A stretch of 64,000 nt of DNA from an uncultured bacterium (GTDB lineage Bacteria; Margulisbacteria; WOR-1; CAVSGV01): assembly GCA_963768305.1 (NCBI GenBank), contig CAVYHE010000007.1:2115-66114 (forward strand), given 5' to 3'. The position numbers and the translations under genes are program-made. Below, one piece after another: positions 63,202-64,000 of the stretch (the first letter of the stretch is position 1; each line of letters begins with the position of its first letter). Under the pieces are notes generated by a model, which saw only the letters and a list, made by a program, of their open reading frames with translations, was not told where the DNA came from and ran no database searches.

Positions 63202-64000
63202 ATGAGATACATTATTTGTTTCTTTTTGATCTCAATATTATCTTTTGGCGGCTTCTCCGCACCAAAAAATATCCAGCCGGCATCTTCCGAAATATCATCT
63301 CCTGCCCCCCTACCAGCATCTGCCTCTGCTGAACCGGCATCCACCATAAAACAGAAAAAAATCGAAGAGCACTTTGAAACGGGCTATTCCCTTTTAAATA
63401 AGGGAAGCTACAAAAAAGCGCTGGCGAAATTCGTTGAAGTACTTTCATCCGAGCCTGATAGATCTGATAAGCTGAAAGCGCGATGCTGGATGGCTAAAAC
63501 ATATTATAGGATGGATCACTATAAATATGCGATAGATCAGTGTAATGCGGCTTTATTGATAAAACCAGGCGACAAGTTTTCGCTGTATTTAAGGTCGCTT
63601 GCCTGGAAAAAGTCGCTTGCCTGGAAAAAGTTCATAGCAAAAAGATCCACTCCGCAGCCAAAAGCGATCTCCAATGAAACATTGGCTGAAAATGAGCAAG
63701 AAATAACGGGATCCCCTTCTTCTCAAGAGGCAACAAACGCTTTAAGCTTAAGCACGGAAGAAGCCGCGACCTCACAGAAACTGCCTGTGATCAAAGCGAA
63801 AAATAAGGAACCTCAGCATCTGATCTCCTTGGACCTCCGCAACGTGGACATAAGTTCGGTGCTCCAGGTCTTTTCAAAGGAAACGGGCATCAGTGTCATC
63901 GCCGGCAATGACGTTTACGGAAAAGTTTCGGTGCTTTTGAACAATGTGACGCCGGACGACGCGCTGGACATCATCTTAAAATCGAACGGCTACACATACA
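63202..64000 (+). CDS. pilQ: secretin (PilQ/GspD family) N-terminal part with a TPR-like region; 3' end beyond window
   Basis: My own translation from ATG 63202 begins MRYIICFFLISILSFGG. It then has TPR-like GYSLLNKGSYKKALAKF and ISLDLRNVDISSVLQVFSKETGISVIAG...VTPDDALDIILKSNGYTY (secretin N-domain). Confidence 0.8.
   Translation, partial: MRYIICFFLISILSFGGFSAPKNIQPASSEISSPAPLPASASAEPASTIKQKKIEEHFETGYSLLNKGSYKKALAKFVEVLSSEPDRSDKLKARCWMAKTYYRMDHYKYAIDQCNAALLIKPGDKFSLYLRSLAWKKSLAWKKFIAKRSTPQPKAISNETLAENEQEITGSPSSQEATNALSLSTEEAATSQKLPVIKAKNKEPQHLISLDLRNVDISSVLQVFSKETGISVIAGNDVYGKVSVLLNNVTPDDALDIILKSNGYTY
63594..63629 (+). repeat. perfect 18-bp tandem duplication inside pilQ
   Basis: GTCGCTTGCCTGGAAAAA occurs twice in tandem. 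It is in frame and gives SLAWKK SLAWKK. Confidence 0.9.

Overview
This is a 64-kb chromosomal segment. From gene content I infer an anaerobic, diderm-type, probably uncultivated bacterium (inference only). No rRNA genes or CRISPR arrays were seen.

Contents, left to right:
- 1-5.9 kb: a visibly more AT-rich integrative element next to an initiator tRNA-Met. It carries an integrase, an excisionase, a PriCT/P-loop replication-type protein, an XRE regulator and a dense field of GGTTAC hexamers, and lies next to an exported InlB-B-repeat lipoprotein.
- 6.1-10.6 kb: an Arn-like module of four glycosylation genes.
- 10.7-13.7 kb: an MFS transporter and a DEAD-box helicase.
- 13.7-16.3 kb: an Rrf2-led operon encoding an orphan ABC ATPase, a G3E-type GTPase and an Fe-S-domain protein. 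Its function is unknown.
- 17.6-22.2 kb: an Rrf2-metY-cysK-metX-metW operon. The Rrf2 gene is bracketed by 7-bp tandem repeat arrays.
- 22.2-27.1 kb: an APC permease, NRAMP, thioredoxin-like, CDGSH and VIT1 genes, all broken by frameshifts.
- 27.5-29.5 kb: an OmpR-type regulator and histidine kinase pair.
- 29.5-34.5 kb: a 2-oxoacid:ferredoxin oxidoreductase operon with an embedded hemerythrin, followed by superoxide reductase, rubredoxin and MsrBA.
- 34.6-36.7 kb: a small island of unrecognised tandem paralogs and exported peptides with paired cysteines (CC motifs).
- 36.8-45.2 kb: kdpFABC, a kinase-less kdpD and a convergent APC-type transporter, heavily frameshifted.
- 45.9-51.2 kb: rpoN and two sigma54 enhancer-binding proteins (one with an atypical winged-helix C-terminus, one with degenerate ATPase motifs), with a readable palindromic upstream activating sequence and a -24/-12 promoter.
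- 51.2-64 kb: tRNA-Leu, S1-domain, ftsB and eno genes, and a complete type IV pilus cluster (pilD, REC, pilB, pilC, pilT, two pilins, two minor pilins, pilMN, pilOP, pilQ).

The window-wide oddity is several dozen indel-type reading-frame breaks. They are concentrated at 22.1-27.1 kb and 36.9-45.2 kb, while the blocks at 9.4-21.2 kb and 45.2-61.9 kb are clean.

All product calls rest on motifs I recognise by eye in the supplied translations. No database search was possible.
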